From the IMG/VR virus record IMGVR_UViG_3300032116_001258, positions 1 through 24,626 of that record: a stretch of 24,626 nucleotides of DNA; one strand, given 5' to 3'. Below are positions 22,762-24,626 of this stretch, piece by piece. The stretch is from a virus (Duplodnaviria > Caudoviricetes). The position numbers and the translations under genes are program-made. Within the stretch, counting starts at the first letter, position 1. The number at the start of each line of letters is the position of its first letter. The notes below the pieces were generated by a model, which worked only from the letters and a program-made list of their open reading frames with translations, was not told the origin of the DNA and searched no databases.

Positions 22762-23892
22762 TTAGTAATTAACCTTAATATTCTTACTTGGTAATTTTGC
22801 TGGTGCGCCTAATGCTCGATTTGCATCAATCCCATAAGCAGAACCCATTTGTTCAAACTCTCCACGCTTTTGGTTGTAAGCAGTAGTAGCTGTACCAAAT
22901 AGTTGGTCTGATAATTGTTGGAAGTCTTTACGCTGATCTGCTGTTAGTTTAGTTCCATTTATACGCATTTGTGCGTAGTTTGTGGCTCTATCTAATGCAC
23001 CAGATGCAGCCATTGCCATACCCAATTCAGACTCACGAACTACCGAGCCAGGATCAAGCAATTTCATAAATTTAGTTGCTGCTGCTAAATCACCTGCTGG
23101 ACTTGCTTGTTTTAATGAGTCTGTAATCTGACCATAAGCAGATTGCATTTCGCTGTATGCTTTATATACAGGTTCTGCTGCAAATGTTTTCTTGAGGGTC
23201 ATTTCATTTTCAAACCCTTTTTGTCCACCTGTCATATCAACAATAGTCTTAGGAGCAGACATTGTTTTAATCTTTTCGTATGCTGTTTTTTGCTCTGGTG
23301 TTAATTGCATAAAAGCCATAGCAGACCTAATATCAGCAGGTAATGTATCTTGTTTTGCAGTAAGTTCTGCATACTTGCCAGGATCTGTAGCTGCCAAGAA
23401 TTGCAATGCTGCTGCATTAGCTTTTACTGGATCTATAGTGGTTGGTAGGTTTCCTCGTAATGCTGCAACAGTCTCAGGCACAGCCATATCGCCACCAAAC
23501 TCAGGGCGAGAAAGCATCTCTAATTGTGAACCTTGTCCTGTTGCCATTGGAATAGCTTGTGGAACTTCTGCACCTTTTAGCATCTTTTGGTATTGCTCTT
23601 GGGCTTGTTGCTTTTTCTTGTACTCGCCCAACTGCATACCTGTAACCATCTGCTTTAGCGTTCTGTCAAACGATTGGTTATAGCCTTCCATGCCTGCACC
23701 TAATGCACCGGCTAATACTTGTCCTGTGCTGATAGGCTGTCTTGTCTGACCTGTCATACCTAGTGCAGAGATAGCAGCGTTTAATAGAGCTTGCTGTCCA
23801 GCGTTGGACTGTAATCGTTGTTGCTCGGCAGGGCTAATAAACTGAGAGTAGTCTGGTTGCTGACCGAATAAAGCTGATAGATCAATTGCCAT
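22762..23892 (-). CDS. Ejection / DNA transfer internal virion protein
   Basis: Gln/Ala-rich; GDLAA...FMKLLDPGSVVRESE motif typical of podovirus internal proteins. Confidence 0.72.
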   Translation of the reverse strand: MAIDLSALFGQQPDYSQFISPAEQQRLQSNAGQQALLNAAISALGMTGQTRQPISTGQVLAGALGAGMEGYNQSFDRTLKQMVTGMQLGEYKKKQQAQEQYQKMLKGAEVPQAIPMATGQGSQLEMLSRPEFGGDMAVPETVAALRGNLPTTIDPVKANAAALQFLAATDPGKYAELTAKQDTLPADIRSAMAFMQLTPEQKTAYEKIKTMSAPKTIVDMTGGQKGFENEMTLKKTFAAEPVYKAYSEMQSAYGQITDSLKQASPAGDLAAATKFMKLLDPGSVVRESELGMAMAASGALDRATNYAQMRINGTKLTADQRKDFQQLSDQLFGTATTAYNQKRGEFEQMGSAYGIDANRALGAPAKLPSKNIKVNY

Positions 23893-23895
23893 AAT

Positions 23896-24626
23896 TTATC
23901 CTAATAAAGAATTTGGATTTCTTGCTCTTTGTAGAGCTAGTAAATTGTATAAACCTGAGTAATCAACATTGCCCTGTGGCATCTGTGTTCTACCACCCAT
24001 CTGCATTTGTGGCATTTGTTGTTGTGGTTGTTGTCTACCACCTAATAAGCCACTTGCTGCTCTTAATCCTTGTAGAGCTTGTCCAACACCTATTCCTTTA
24101 GATGCTAAACCTAAAGCATTAGATGTAAGACCTGTGCCTGCTAGTTCTGCTGTTGTGTATGCTTGCGATAAATTTTGTGCAATAGCTGCTTCGCTTAATC
24201 CTTGGGCTGCTAAATTAGCTGCATCTGCTGCAACAAAAGAATCTACACCTGATGCTGTAAGGTTTTGAGCAATAGTAGCCTCATTAAAACCACTAGCTGC
24301 TAAGTTAGAGGCATCTGCTGCAAGTGTATATGGTAAAGCCTGTGTTGCTGCTTGTTCTGCTGCACCAGATAATAATGTTGCGCCTACTGTATCTGCTAAA
24401 GCACCTTCTCCGGCTAATGTTGCTAAACCTGTTTCTGTTGCACCAGCAAATGCTGCCTCTGGTGCTGCTAATGCTGCTAATTCTGGAATAAGATAAGGTG
24501 CTGCTACGGCTGCTGCAATATGAGGCAATTTATATCCAACAGATTTATCTGCCTCTGCTAAAACATTACTTGCGCCTTGAGCAATATCTTCTAAACCACC
24601 ACCAACAGCCTTAGCAGCAACATCTG
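23896..24626 (-). CDS. Ala/Gly-rich ejection (pilot-like) protein, 5' end beyond the window
   Basis: Frame stays open upstream of 24528 to the edge (DVAAKAVGGGLEDIAQGAS...); internal repeat ADA.NLAA.G..EA.IAQNL x2. Confidence 0.7.
   Translation of the reverse strand, partial: DVAAKAVGGGLEDIAQGASNVLAEADKSVGYKLPHIAAAVAAPYLIPELAALAAPEAAFAGATETGLATLAGEGALADTVGATLLSGAAEQAATQALPYTLAADASNLAASGFNEATIAQNLTASGVDSFVAADAANLAAQGLSEAAIAQNLSQAYTTAELAGTGLTSNALGLASKGIGVGQALQGLRAASGLLGGRQQPQQQMPQMQMGGRTQMPQGNVDYSGLYNLLALQRARNPNSLLG

Noticed and set aside
17897-24268. Plus-strand ORFs over the lysis, tail and ejection genes
   Set aside because: Antisense shadows produced by GCN-rich codon usage.
1-24626. tRNA genes or alternative genetic code
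   Set aside because: No cloverleaf with T-loop consensus was noticed; genes are intact under the standard code and all three stops are used.

Overview
This window is most of a small tailed-phage genome (Caudoviricetes, podovirus-like, lambdoid/P22-type gene order). The host is not determinable from sequence alone; a Gram-negative host is likely. On the minus strand, left part: a partial portal, TerL, TerS, an ADP-ribosyltransferase-like protein, a cluster of small basic proteins with an inserted GIY-YIG endonuclease, a HiPIP-like Cys protein, a strong sigma70 late promoter with a leader terminator, two glycosyltransferases and a Q-like antiterminator. Next come an oppositely oriented metallophosphoesterase + SprT-like protease cassette, then an HNH endonuclease, a DUF1364-like nuclease, a DNA methyltransferase, a truncated replication-initiator-like protein and small genes. 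A ~600-nt non-coding structured region (c4-like RNA, hairpins, a G-quadruplex motif, an AT-rich tract) precedes a resolvase-like gene and cro. A divergent plus-strand early operon encodes a Sak3-like annealase, a YqaJ exonuclease, an SSB and many small ORFs. The minus-strand right part carries endolysin, holin, a tail fibre with an S74 chaperone and three ejection proteins. No integrase, CI repressor, DNA polymerase, helicase or primase was recognised. The strongest candidate for an undescribed system is the structured RNA/G4/AT-rich element at 12.9-13.47 kb, which sits where a replication initiator and origin would normally be and may be an RNA-primed, antisense-controlled origin. All family calls are from motif recognition only; no database searches or folding programs were run.
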